Translations under genes and position numbers: made by a program
Notes under the pieces: generated by a model
The model's input: only the letters and a program-made list of their open reading frames with translations
Database searches by the model: none
What the model was told of the DNA's origin: nothing
Part shown: one piece after another, positions 37,350-50,090 of the stretch
Layout: each line of letters starts with the position of its first letter
Numbering within the stretch: the first letter of the stretch is position 1
Origin: Eledone cirrhosa
Lineage: Eukaryota
Assembly: GCA_964016885.1 (NCBI GenBank)
Contig: OZ024742.1
Coordinates: 284,208,001-284,272,000 of the forward strand
DNA: 64,000 bases
Direction: 5' to 3'

Positions 37350-39313
37350 CTCATTGACATTTGACGTGGAATGGAGCCTCCAAAATACTCCTCACTTTGG
37401 AAACGGAGATGGTAAGTTTCCATGTAAGAATAGGTCTCTTCGAATACTTCTTCAACATCCAAAGCTATCCGTTCAATTGGAGAAGTGAAAGATGTTGGCA
37501 AGGCAGCATCCTGTTTAAGATCTACAACCATTTTGTAACGGCTGGGTACTTCAATACACAGTTGGCTCGAAGTTGCCATTCCTGCCTGGTTTTCTTGACA
37601 GTTAGACACAACTACGACAGAGTCTCGTACAAAATTTTCCAAAGTTAGTATCGTGTTCGATGCTACACTCGGATAGAAATCCCCTGCTTCTACCTCCATG
37701 GGTAATTTTGGCCTACGGTAAAATATTTCGGATACATACCACCTCTCTCTTTCTTCCTTCGCAATCATTTCAACTAAACCGATTTCTAAATCCACAGGTA
37801 ACTTCAGCTTTTCGTATTTTCCCCGAGAATTTAGCTTCTCGCATTTCAGCACTTTACACTCCATTTTATAATCGCCGCTTCCGAATTTATAGACAATTGT
37901 CTGGAAGTTTGGAATTCGGATGATATCTCCCAACCTCAGGCTAATTGGTTTCGGGTAGTCCGTAGCTACATCTTCCAACACCTGTAACTCACAGCCAGCC
38001 TTACAAATACTTAATTCGGAGACATTCTGAAATCTCCGTGGCAACACAGAGAGCCTTTTATAAAGATTAGGTCCGATAATGAAAAATCTGTCATCAGTGC
38101 GGGCAAGAATTTTATCGATGTGTTCCACTCTTCGAAAAATTACTTCGGATTTTGGTTTAATGTAATTGACGAATTCGTGAGGAAGATCAGGATAAGACAC
38201 AATTTGGGCTAGAACTGGGAAGAAAATAAGGGGTCGGGTGTATTCTGATGCCACTTCCCACAATGTACGGCGGTGTTTGTAATTTTTAGGTTGTTCATAA
38301 TTTGGGATGGATATACATTTAACAAGTATGTCTGAACTGACAGGAATGAGCCATCTTACGTCTGAGTCATTGTTCTGTGAAGGATCAGTGACTGAACTAA
38401 CTGTAGGGTCACTGGTAAGATAAACCTGGACAAAAATCTCAGGTATGTCCATATAAATAATATTCCGTCCGGATAATTTCGCAGAATGAAAACTATCCCG
38501 TGGATGGTGAAAATTGGATTCAGACTGGTTGTTTCCAGTCGTGTCATTCGTGTCGTTGAAAAATGGATCGTCCGTGAACACTTTCATATTGGTATCATTT
38601 CCCACATGAATGATGCTATCTTTGTAGTCACTGTAGTCAACCAACTCATCGGCTTGCCAAAGATATCTGGGCATGCGATTCGCTTCAAGAAGCTGCTCCA
38701 CAGTGTACGTGGTACTAGAATCAACAACATAAGAAAAATCCCCCTTACATGACCAAGGTAGTTCCATAATACGGCCGTCTTGGTGTTGGCATTGTAAATA
38801 TTTCCCGAAAAATCCATCACGAACGATTTTCAGAAACTTGAATGTGTCTCCGGCCTCGAAGTTATTTTTTTGTATTTCTCCGTCGAAGTTTTGTTGCGAG
38901 AAACACGATGAACAGTTAGCTTTAAATAATGGCGGTGATACCGTTAGCAAGTCGTTTATTGTTTCATAGATTACATCTGGCTCCTGTTCGTCGTGTGGCG
39001 GTGAAAGAACAACATATCGAGCTGGGTAGTCAATGGGTACTTCGATGGTATCGTGGTCCGTGAGCGGAGTCTGTGCGGCTGGATCACAGTTTGTGTCCCA
39101 CTCTAATTCATCGTCTGCCTTACAAGGTGTCAGCAATACTCTAGGAATAACAGTTTTATGCAAGCGCAGCCACTGACCTTCTTCCACGGCACGATTCGTC
39201 TGACGCTTGCCTCGTGACACAACTGAAACGGTTTGTGGAAGATCAAAATTGTCCAGGAAACTTTTCAGTGAAAACACCTCGTTATTTTTTAACGACTCTT
39301 CCGAGTCCGCCAT
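37350..39313 (-). CDS. Large coding exon of a tandem CABIT-domain protein (Themis/GAREM/serrano-like)
   Basis: ATG at 39313 (MADSEES); two repeats of a CABIT-like pattern (SLKSF..LPQTVSV..G.WLRLH..VPIDY..F.AGD.F..LQC..LP..C.G.F..YTVEQL..MPR, and ..FPVLAQ..LRLGD..LKC..KLP..G.VE..VSEI..LP); donor atgag|gtattt at 37350. Domain call is by pattern recognition, not HMM. Confidence 0.85.
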
Positions 39314-40577
39314 TTTTCTTGTTGTCAATTATTTAGCCAAGCTTTTTTTTTATACTCACCTGTCGCATCAGACAGTAAAGCTGACTGACGGAACAACTCT
39401 TACTATGGATGGCCGCTACGGCAACAATCAACAAGTGTTAACATTTTTTCTTTTTACAGGTGTGCTCTTTTTATCAAATTTATTTGCATTCCTACTTGTC
39501 AGCCTACCTACCTACTACCTTATATATATAACAAGTTAGCTGTCTAGTGAGCCGGTGGCCAGATAAATTGCGATAGAGGTGACATAGAGAAAACAAATTA
39601 AAACGAGAAAATAGTCAAATATACACATTAATGTATGTCTAAAAAAATATATTTACATATTCTCATATATAACAAAACTCTCACATACATAGATACACAA
39701 ATAAAGATATTCATACATATAATTTTTATTTCTTAATCGGGAAGAACAATGCTTACAACCTTTTTTTTTTTTTCCTGGACCTCTGAAATTGATGGGAGGG
39801 AAGAAGGTATCCTCAAACTGATGACTTGCCCCGAATGCTTTCACCAGAGTAAAGTACGTAAAAGTACCCCACATGCTATGTGGTGTTTGGGCGATAGATT
39901 AAGTGTTCACCCAAGTAGGTCACAGCAGGATCTGAAGTCAGAAAACAGAGCTGGAATAAATACTGCAAGCATCCTTTCCGAAGCATTTCATCGTGGCACC
40001 AGCACTATCGAGTGTATTATGTGCATTCTATCATGGCACCACCAAATAATAATCAAACTCTTTAAATCATTATAGTATAGTCTCCAGCCCACACTGTAAA
40101 GTGGTTGTAATGGCGACACGGCAAAAAGGCACCCAGTCCACACTGTAAAGTGGTCGTGTAGACGTCACGGCAAAAAGCACCCAGTACTCCTTATAAATAA
40201 GGTTGGCGCTAGGAAGGGCATCCAGCTGTAGAAACCAACCCAAAACCGGTTCTGTATCAGAAAGACATGATCACCTGACCTGGCATTGATCACAACAGGA
40301 CAACTCGTCTAACCCATGCCAGCATGGAAACATGGACGTTAAACGGTGATTATAATGATCATTCTTCAGTTGGTATCCCAGTAATTTGTCCAGCTGCAGC
40401 TTTCTCATTCATTATAATTTCAAAATAACTTGATATGCTTTAGATAATAACTCAAGGAATCCAAGGAATTGTGTTACATCTTGTTGATATTATAATCATT
40501 TTATGTGTCATGTATACTGTATAAACTGTGTCACAGATGACTGATTCCCAACCTCTTGCAAGAAACCTCCTATTTAT

Positions 40578-41312
40578 TTAATTCTTTTGATACCAACCCT
40601 GGTTTTGTAATACAACACTTTATTTTAAAGTGTTTATATTTATCTAAATACCTTCCAGCATAATTTTATCCAAGAACCTTTGCTAAGTTATGCTCCAAAC
40701 ACCACTTTAATAATGAGATAGTTACATTATTAATTCCCTCAAATCCTGCCGAGATTAACTTTGCCTTTCATCCTTACTTGCCAACAACAACCATGAGCAT
40801 CTTTTTGATTTCCATGTGTCTAACACACGTGGGCATGCCTACAAAGTCAGAAAGCAGCACAGCTCTCATGACTTTCAGAAACATTTTTTCATGCTCAGAG
40901 TTGCTGAAGCATGGAACAAACTACCCGCACCGTTGTTAACTGTCGAGACACTGCATCCTTTAAAACCTCCATGCTTCCTGAGATTCGCCAACACTACACC
41001 TAATATTCCCCCTCCATACACACGCACACATGTATTTCATGACTCGTACACTGTTCATTTTCCTGAAATTTGTACATTATTCTATGTACTATTCATGCAC
41101 CTTTGATGAGTTGTAGTGGACCTGAGCACTGTATGCAATAATTTCATTATTATTATTATAAAATAAAGCACCAGTAATGCACTGGGGTAATTGCTGGCCT
41201 TGTGTCAAAAATAGAAACAATTATTAATTCCCTCAAAATTCTTTATTATTTTCAAAACAATTTTAAAATTCTAGGCAGTGTATTTCATTAGAAATATAGT
41301 AACAAAAGGGTA
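40578..41312. mobile_element. Nested insertion: piggyBac-like MITE containing a MetaSINE fragment that contains a CR1 3' fragment
   Basis: 18-bp TSD attattaattccctcaaa at 40726-40743 and 41220-41237; SINE halves ~40741-40778 and ~41160-41222; CR1 piece RGHAYKVRK..HFFMLRVAEAWNKLP at ~40790-41158. Confidence 0.75.
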
Positions 41313-42659
41313 AAATGAATATCCCCACATACATCGGGCTTTGAAAGATCTGTCTACTAAACAAGCACATGGAACCCCAAGTACTATCTGTGCAAATTTC
41401 CAGGGATATGCAGACCTCAGGTTAGGATACACTAAGATAACTACAAATACTTTCTCACATCCACCCTTCTCATAATTCCTTTCATTACCATATTTCTAAT
41501 GAAATATATGGTATTTGAATTAATTAATGAAAAATTTGAAAGGATTTACTAAAATTATTAATTATTTAATTAAGATGGTATTTGTAATATGATTTAAAAG
41601 GTTTTTATATCAAATTATGTTGTATTATTCTAATTTAAATATGAACCTTTTAAAATGGCTATTTTTGTTTCATAGAAACAGAGATTGATTTGAGCAGGTT
41701 GGTATCAAAAGAGTTAAGATTCATTGTTCAACTTCCTTAAGAGATACAAATTTTGATGTCCATTTTCAGTGGACAGAAAGTAACATAGAAATATAAGAAG
41801 TGATGGAAATAGGTGTTTGGGTATGCAGAGGGATGCCATTTCCCTACTTTTCAGCCCCCCCCCCCCCCCCCCAACACATACACACACACACTTCTTCCTA
41901 ACCTCAGCATCATGGACCTTAGTTTACCCCTAATTCCTACAAATCAGTGGCTGGCATAGCTCTCTTTTTTTTTCAGCAGTCAGATCCTGGATGTTCCACT
42001 AGATCAGTGGTTCTCAACATTTTTTTTTTACCTGCAAGCTTTAATTACTATTTTGCTTTGGTGGGCTCCCATAATCATTCAGATAATTCTAAGGTAAAAT
42101 TTAGAATAAGCATATCATCTTAAATTTTTTCAACAATTTCTTTAATTTATGACATAAACATCCATTATGAATTTTGAAAAAAATGTTTTTCAAAATTTCT
42201 ACTTTTTAAAGCACCTCCTCCTTTACATGTCCCTGTACACATTCGGCAGTAATGATTTCATTTTTTTTTTTTTTTCACGAAAATTCTTTTAGAATTATAT
42301 ATATCAAACATCACAGATGAGGGTTGAGCCAAAAAAGTTTTTTCTTGTATCCCCATTCAATTCTTCTCTATTTCAGAGTATGTAATTAATGGACCGTAAA
42401 ATTGTAAACCAAAAAATTCCAATTATGGAAAATCTGAAGAATTTCTTACCTTTTCCAATAAAAAAAAAAATCAAGTGCTTTGGGAAATAAAACGCAGCCA
42501 ACTAGTTGCACACGTAGCACTAATGAGTTTTGATCCCTCACACTTACTCATTCTCTCCCTCCCTCTCTCTCTCTATCTATATACTACTAAAACTCTGATC
42601 TTGATTGTTTGCTTGCTTGCACACACTTTCTCTATATATATATGTTCATATTTGTGTAT

Positions 42660-44998
42660 ATACAGGTTGTCACCCCAAAAATGTATACCCACTTTGATTG
42701 CCTATACATGCATTATTTGTTAGGATGGTGTATACATTTTTAGGGACCCCGCAAGGTGGTCGTGGAGGTGCCACGGCAAAAAAGCACCCAGCCCACACTG
42801 TAAAGTGGACGTGTAGGCGCCACGAAAAAGCACCCAGCACTCACTGTAAATGAGGTTGGTGTTAGGAAGGGCATCCAGCTGTAGAAATCAAGCCAGATCA
42901 GTTCCTGTATGAGCAAGGCATGGTCAGCCGACCAGACACTGCCCACAACAGGACAACCCGTCTAACCCATGCTAGCGTGGAAGAACGGACGTAAAACGGT
43001 GATGATGATGATGATGATGATGATATAGTGTCCCCGAAAAATGTATACACACTTTGATTACCTGTACAGGCAAAATATATATTAGAATGATGTATACATT
43101 TTTAGGGACCCCGGTATATATATATATATATATGGTGTCCCCGAAAAATGTATACACACTTTGATTATCTGTACAGGCAATATATATATTAGAATGGTGT
43201 ATACATTTTTAGGGACCCCGGTATATATATATATATGGTGTCCCCGAAAAATGTATACACACTTTGATTACCTGTACAGGCAATATATATATATTAGAAT
43301 GGTGTATACATTTTTAGGGACACCGGTATATATATATATATATATATATATATGGTGTCCCCGAAAAATGTATACACACTTTGATTGCCTGTACAGGCAA
43401 TATATATATTAGAATGGTGTATACATTTTTAGGGACACCGGTATATATATATATATGGTGTCCCGGAAAAATGTATACACACTTTGATTACCTGTACAGG
43501 CAATATATATATTAGAATGGTGTATACATTTTTAGGGACCCCGGTATATATATATGGTGTCCCCGAAAAATGTATACACACTTTGATTACCTGTACAGGC
43601 AATATATATATTAGAATGGTGTATACATTTTTAGGGACCCCGGTATATATATATATATATGGTGTCCCCGAAAAATGTATACACACTTTGATTACCTGTA
43701 CAGGCAATATATATATATTAGAATGGTGTATACATTTTTAGGGACACCGGTATATATATATATGGTGTCACGGAAAAATGTATACACACTTTGATTACCT
43801 GTACAGGCAATATATATATTAGAATGGTGTATACATTTTTAGGGACACCGGTATATATATATATATATGGTGCCCCGGAAAAATGTATACACACTTTGAT
43901 TACCTGTACAGGCAATATATATATTAGAATGGTGTATACATTTTTAGGGACCCCGGTATATATATACATTTTTCAGGACCCAGGTATATATATATATGGT
44001 TTCCCCGAAAAATGTATACACACTTTGATTACCTGTACAGGCAATATATATATTAGAATGGTGTATACATTTTTAGGGATCCCGGTATATATATATATAT
44101 ATATGGTGTCCCCGAAAAATGTATACATACTTTGATTATCTGTACAGGCAATATATATATTAGAATGGTGTATACATTTTTAGGGACCTCCGGTATATAT
44201 ATATATATATATATGGTGTCCCCGAAAAATGTATACACACTTTGATTACCTGTAGAGGCAATATATATATTATAATGGTGTATACATTTTTAGGGACACC
44301 GGTATATATATATATGGTGTCCCGGAAAAATGTATACACACTTTGATTACCTGTACAGGCAATATATATATTAGAATGGTGTATACATTTTTAGGGACAC
44401 CTGTATATATATATATATATATATATATGGTGTCCCGGAAAAATGTATACACACTTTGATTACCTGTACAACCAATATATATATATATTAGAATGGTGTA
44501 TACATTTTTCAGGACCCAGGTATATATATATATATATATGGTGTCCCCGAAAAATGTATACACACTTTGATTGCCTGTACAGGCAATATATATATTAGAA
44601 TGGTGTATACATTTTTAGGGACACCGGTATATATATATATATGGTGTCCCGGAAAAATGTATACACACTTTGATTGCCTGTACAGGCAATATATATATTA
44701 GAATGGTGTATACATTTTTCAGGACCCAGGTATATATATATATTGTTTCCCCGAAAAATGTATACACACTTTGATTACCTGTACAGGCAATATATATATT
44801 TGAAGGGTGTATACATTTTTAGGGACCCCGGTATATATATATATATATATATGGTGTCCCCGAAAAATGTATACACACTTTGATTACCTGTACAGGCAAT
44901 ATATATATTAGAATGGTGTATACATATTTAGGGACACCGGTATATATATATATATATGATGTCCCGGAAAAATGTATACACACTTTGATTACCTGTAC
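42660..44998. repeat. Tandem array of ~20 Tc1/mariner-type mini-MITE units (~85 bp) separated by variable (TA)n
   Basis: Unit ggtgtccccgaaaaatgtatacac-actttgattacctgtacaggcaatatatatattagaatg-gtgtatacatttttagggacacc has ~23-bp TIRs; starts near 42664, 43028, 43134, 43237 ... 44853, 44958. Confidence 0.92.
42749..43023 (+). mobile_element. Young RTE-tailed SINE-like element inserted between array units 1 and 2
   Basis: Appears identical to 4955-5226, including the 5' start. Confidence 0.85.
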
Positions 44999-45036
44999 TA
45001 GACTACTCGTGATGCAACGGGTCACGAGTAGTCTAG

Positions 45037-45067
<31 letters not shown>

Positions 45068-46479
45068 GGAATTGGCTGCAACAACGATAACACCTAGATC
45101 ACAGGCCGTCCATGAATCAAATATTTTTTCTGTTTGTGTATGCTGTAATTCCTTTATTGTTTAACTAATTATGCAATCTGCATCTGATGAAGTCTGCAGG
45201 ATCTTACGTATCCAGACCTTTGAAATATATATAGTATTTTTTGCAACAATAAAGCTTTAAAGGAACATCACCAGTCTGGCCTCCTGTTGAGTTAATCAAA
45301 CATTTTTTTTGTGGTTTGAGAGACTCCTAGTCTTCATTAAGATGTCTCTCTACGAGAAGGTCACTCTGATATAAACCCTGCGACTTGGTTTGGATCCAAT
45401 GGTGTAGACCAGTTCTTTTTTTGGGGGCAAATGCATTTGATGTTCAGAAAGTGGGATTGGCCCTGTGCAAAGCCTTACCTCATTTAAAAAAGCTTCAAGC
45501 ACAGACATCACTTGATATGTGAAATTCTTTGCGATGTATTGGCTGGCCATAGGCAAGTCCCTAGCTCATGCTTAAGTATCAAGCAATAGCATTACTTGAA
45601 ATTGAGTTGCAGCCATCATATATATATACACACAAAACACACCCAATACTCACTGTAAATGAAGTTGGCATTAGGAAGGGCATCCAGCTGTAGAAACCAA
45701 CCCCAAATCAGTTCTGTATGAGCAAGACATGGTCACCTGACCTGATATTGCTCACAACAGGACAACTCGTCTAACCCATGCTAGCACAGAAAAAAGGACA
45801 TAAACATTGATGATGATGATAATGACACAAAACAAATACATATATGTTTATGTATTTGTCTTGCAAGATTTTTTATGTGAAATCGTGTATTGAAACCAAT
45901 ATTATTATATTTAGGGATGGTCCTGTTGCCAATAAAAAGGAACACACGCCATATGATTTTCACTTTAGCTTTATTACTAATTATTTGTTAGTTTGTCAAA
46001 GATGTTTCGTCTCACATTCTGTGACTTCCTCATTGACTATCTGTTCTCTTTTGTGCCTCCTCTTCTTTCTGGTCTTAATCTGCTACTCCAGCTTGTCTTT
46101 TGTTTTGTAGCGCATTTTTCATGATTCATATCTGCACATGGTTTTGCACCTGCACCTTCGTCTGTGTGCCATTGAAGTATTGGAAACGGTTAGGATTTGT
46201 GGTAAGGGTGTTGAACTTATGATCATAATGTCATGGGTTCCATTCCTGGAGTGGGTTGTGTGTTGTATTCTTGATCAAAACATTTCATTTCACATTGCTC
46301 CAGTATACTCAGCTGAAAATGAGTACCAGCAAAATTACTGGGGGTTTAACCCTGTGATGGACTGGCATCCTGTCCAGGAGAGAGTCTTGTACTCTCTGTC
46401 GCTTAACAGCACAGAAACCGGGATAACCATAGGCCTGATGAGCCTCTGGGCTCAAGACAGACTTTAGGCTTTTTTTAGA

Positions 46480-46845
46480 TATCATCATCATCATCGTTTT
46501 TATGTCTGCTTTTCCATGCTTGCATGGGTTGGATGGGTCTTTCTCAGCACGGCACCTCTCCACTTGTCGTGTTCCTTTGTCATCTCCTCAGCCTGTCTTA
46601 GCAATTTGAGGTCTGCTCTCATAACCGCTGTCCAGGATTTTCTTAGTTGTCCTCTATTGTGGCTTCCTTTCACTGGGATTTTCTGGCATTTCTTCACCCA
46701 TCGGTCATTGCCCATGCATATCACACATCCATACCAATGCTGTCTTCTCTCCTGCACACCATTTTGAATTCCCCTTAAACCCATCTTCTCTCTCAGCTCA
46801 TCCAAGCTCTGCCTTTCTCTCACATATTCATTGCACATCCAACCA
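46480..46845 (-). mobile_element. RTE LINE 3' fragment
   Basis: ORF 46500..46853 WMCN..RERQSLDELREK..WYG; RTE tail and (GAT)n. Confidence 0.85.
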
Positions 46846-47046
46846 TTGGTCAATCAATGAGAAATATTGATTGCCAGATAAATTAACTATGGAGATATAA
46901 AAGATACAGAAGCAAAAACCAATCCAAACCAAACAGTGATTGTGTTTTATTATTATTTTTGGCAATATCATAACAATATAACCCTCTCCAAGTATAACAA
47001 TATTTGTTTCAACACATGATTTCATATAAAAAAAACCTTGCAAAAC

Positions 47047-47077
<31 letters not shown>

Positions 47078-48377
47078 CATATATATATATATCTGATGGG
47101 CCTCTGCACTTTCCATCCACCAAATTCCACAAGGTGTTGGCAAACTCAAAAATATACTTGCCTAAGGTGCTATGCAGCAGGACTGAACCTGGAACCACGA
47201 TGTTCTGATGTGAATTCCTTAACAACACAGCTATGCTTGCACCTGTTGAAATCTTCAAACACCAAGGCCATTAAAGTGATCAGGTCATAGAAAGTATAAT
47301 ACAAGATTTGACACTACAAAATAATGAAATGTTATATGGATATTTCACTTTTATTGTTGCTTTTTTTTCCTTTTTGAAACAACTCTTTCACATTGTAATT
47401 GCTTCAATCAACTGACTTGTCAGACAAGTACAACAATGGATTTCTTGTATCAATCCTACGCCTAGTTTCTTTCTACAAAAGTGTTATACCATTATTTAGC
47501 CATTAACAATAACCAAGTTTTCAATTCTCTCACTATTTATGGTTACAATTATTTTCATGTTACTCTCACTGCTTAAGGAATTCATTTTTTTATGTGCTTT
47601 TAATCCAATGGTCAAGCCTGGTTACACACTGTATTTTGCTGATTTAGTTTGGAAATTATGTCAAATATACACATGTCTGTGAAATACTCAGTCAGTTACA
47701 TGTTGATTTAATGAGCCAGACAAAAAATGTTTTAAATCCTATGCTGTAACAAGTCTTTATGGAGAGAGAGAGAGAGAGAGAGAGAGTATGGTGATGGAGG
47801 TGGTAGCAGCAATGCTGAAAATGTTTTTGTTAAAATCCCAGATGATCATATTATTCATAAGGTACATCATAACTTATAAATAATATTAATAATTATTATA
47901 TATATATTGACTTAGGAGTTAGGTTGTAGCTCATGATAGTAAGGCTGTGAGTTTCAATCCCAATGACATACGGTGTCCTTGACCAAGGCACTTTATTCCA
48001 CATTGCTCCCGTCCACTCAGCTGGCAAAAATTAGTTGTATCTGATTCAAAGGGCTGAACATGTCATGCTGAATCTAAACTATAATAAAGTAAGGAGTGCG
48101 GGACTGCATCTAGAATATATTTTTTTTTATCCCGTTTGTAAAATAAGTTGGATTACTGTACCTGAGAGAATACTCAGCCACTTACATGTTAATTTCATGA
48201 GCAGGCTTTTCCAACTGGAATATTCATTTTTATAATTTCCATTTTTTTTGTACATAGGTATCCAAAAATATTGAGAAAAACCATTTAAAACACCTGATAG
48301 AATACATATTTACAGGTACCTTGGGTAAGTGTTTTCTACTGTAGCCTTTATAAGTGGAATTTAGTAGATGGAATACA

Positions 48378-49030
48378 TATGAGGTTGTCCCAAAAGTAAG
48401 GATACTGATGTTTTATTCAAATGTATATTAGATGCACATGAAATTACAAGTTATCTATTTCAAAATACAACACTTGGGAAGTCAGACAGTGGTTCCAACA
48501 TTTTTCCATTGATTGTAGCAGTACCAGAAGTCATTTTCTATGAGTGTCCTTAGCTCATTGGTTACAATTTTTTGTATGTTTTCCACAGTCACAAAATGAT
48601 GAACTTTGATTTTAACTTAGGGAAGAGATAGAAATCACACAGAGTTGTAGGGAGGATGTGGATGAGTGAGAAAGTTTTTTCTAATTGAATTTGCTGTGTG
48701 AACAGGTGCATTATCGTGGTGCAGTACTCAGTCTCCTACAACGTCCTTTAGGACTCACTGTACCCATTTTTGAAGTCGTTCCAAGATATCTTTGGCCTGT
48801 GCCGAAAAAAATGATAATCATCATTTTCACTGGATCTGCTTGTGCGTGCTTTCTTAGGATGAGGAGAATTTTTCAGGTGCCACTACCATTTTGTCTGGAT
48901 TGTTCTCAAACATCCATGATTTATTTCCTCTTATCCAAGAAATCTGGCTCAATTTTGAGTCATTCAATCAAATCTTGACAAATTTTCAATCGGTTCGCTT
49001 CTTGCTCCATGGACAAGTGTTTGAGCACTA
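48378..49030 (-). mobile_element. Decayed mariner-type transposase/TIR remnant
   Basis: tatgaggttgtcccaaaagtaag resembles a mariner TIR; minus strand at ~48612-48642 reads CDFYLFPKLK, the motif following YSPDLAP in mariner transposases. Confidence 0.6.
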
Positions 49031-49368
49031 TCTGTGAACTGCATTTTTATCCAAGCCCATTTCTTCTGCAATCATCCTAATACTGTTCACCCAGCCAGGT
49101 GGTAATGGAGGTACCACAAAAGACAAATCCTGTACATATGTAAAATAATACTGCTCTGCTTACTGACAAATAGAAAAAAAATATACACAATGTTCGCTTG
49201 TCCATACTCAACATTAAATGATGATGATGATTATATTTAATTCATTGTTTTCTTTTAACCGCTTAGTAGGAAAGACAGCAACGTCTTATGTCCCATTATT
49301 GATACCAACCCAGTCAAAATCGGTGCTGGTTCTATGAAACAAAATTACCCATTTTAAAGGACTCCAAT

Positions 49369-49577
49369 TTAACCCTTTAACATTTACATTACTCTATATA
49401 TACTATTATAATTTTATGGTAAAACCTCACATAATATCGAATCTATTAGATTTGATATTATTAATTTTGAGAACAATACCTTAACATCAACACGAGCAGC
49501 CAGTTACGGCTGGTTTTAACAGAAAGAGTTGAGAGTATTCTGGCAGGACACGGCCAGTTTAAATGCTAAAGGGTTAA
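49369..49577. mobile_element. piggyBac-type MITE nested in a second MITE family
   Basis: ttaa|ccctttaacattt ... aaatgctaaaggg|ttaa; flanks rejoin to match the element near 24045-24130. Confidence 0.75.
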
Positions 49578-50056
49578 ATTAAAATCTCCGAACATAATTT
49601 TATATAAGAAGCTATAAGTAACAAAATAATAATTTTAGTAAAATCTCTGTAGAAAAGATTTAAAATGATGATAAGGATGATAATAGGATATAAATTAAAA
49701 AACAATACAAAACAAACATTGCTGTATTTATTTAACAATCTTTTATTTCATTTTTGGTTTTCTTTCTCTTTCAGCTTATTTTCCACAAATTTTGGTTGTT
49801 TTATATTTTCATTAATTTTTTTTTTCAATATATCTTTTATATTATTTATAATATATACAGATAAATAAATAGATTGTTCAATACATATCGACAACTATGG
49901 TCACTATACAGGGAGAACACAACCATTACAGACAGCTTGCTCCTCGCAGAAGGACAACAAATCTTGCGACAATTAATCCTTCCAAATTTGGTAACAAATT
50001 ATGCATAATATACATATGTATATATGTATGTATGTGTGTGTATATGTATGTGAGTG

Positions 50057-50090
<34 letters not shown>

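Noticed and set aside
42660-44998. CRISPR-like appearance (palindromic repeat plus variable spacer)
   Set aside because: Spacers are only (TA)n of variable length, there are no cas genes, and the context is eukaryotic.
45345-45395. tacgagaagg as a mariner TIR
   Set aside because: Better matches the RTE 5'-UTR-like motif (gagaagg..actctgatataa..cctgc) seen in the triplicated unit.
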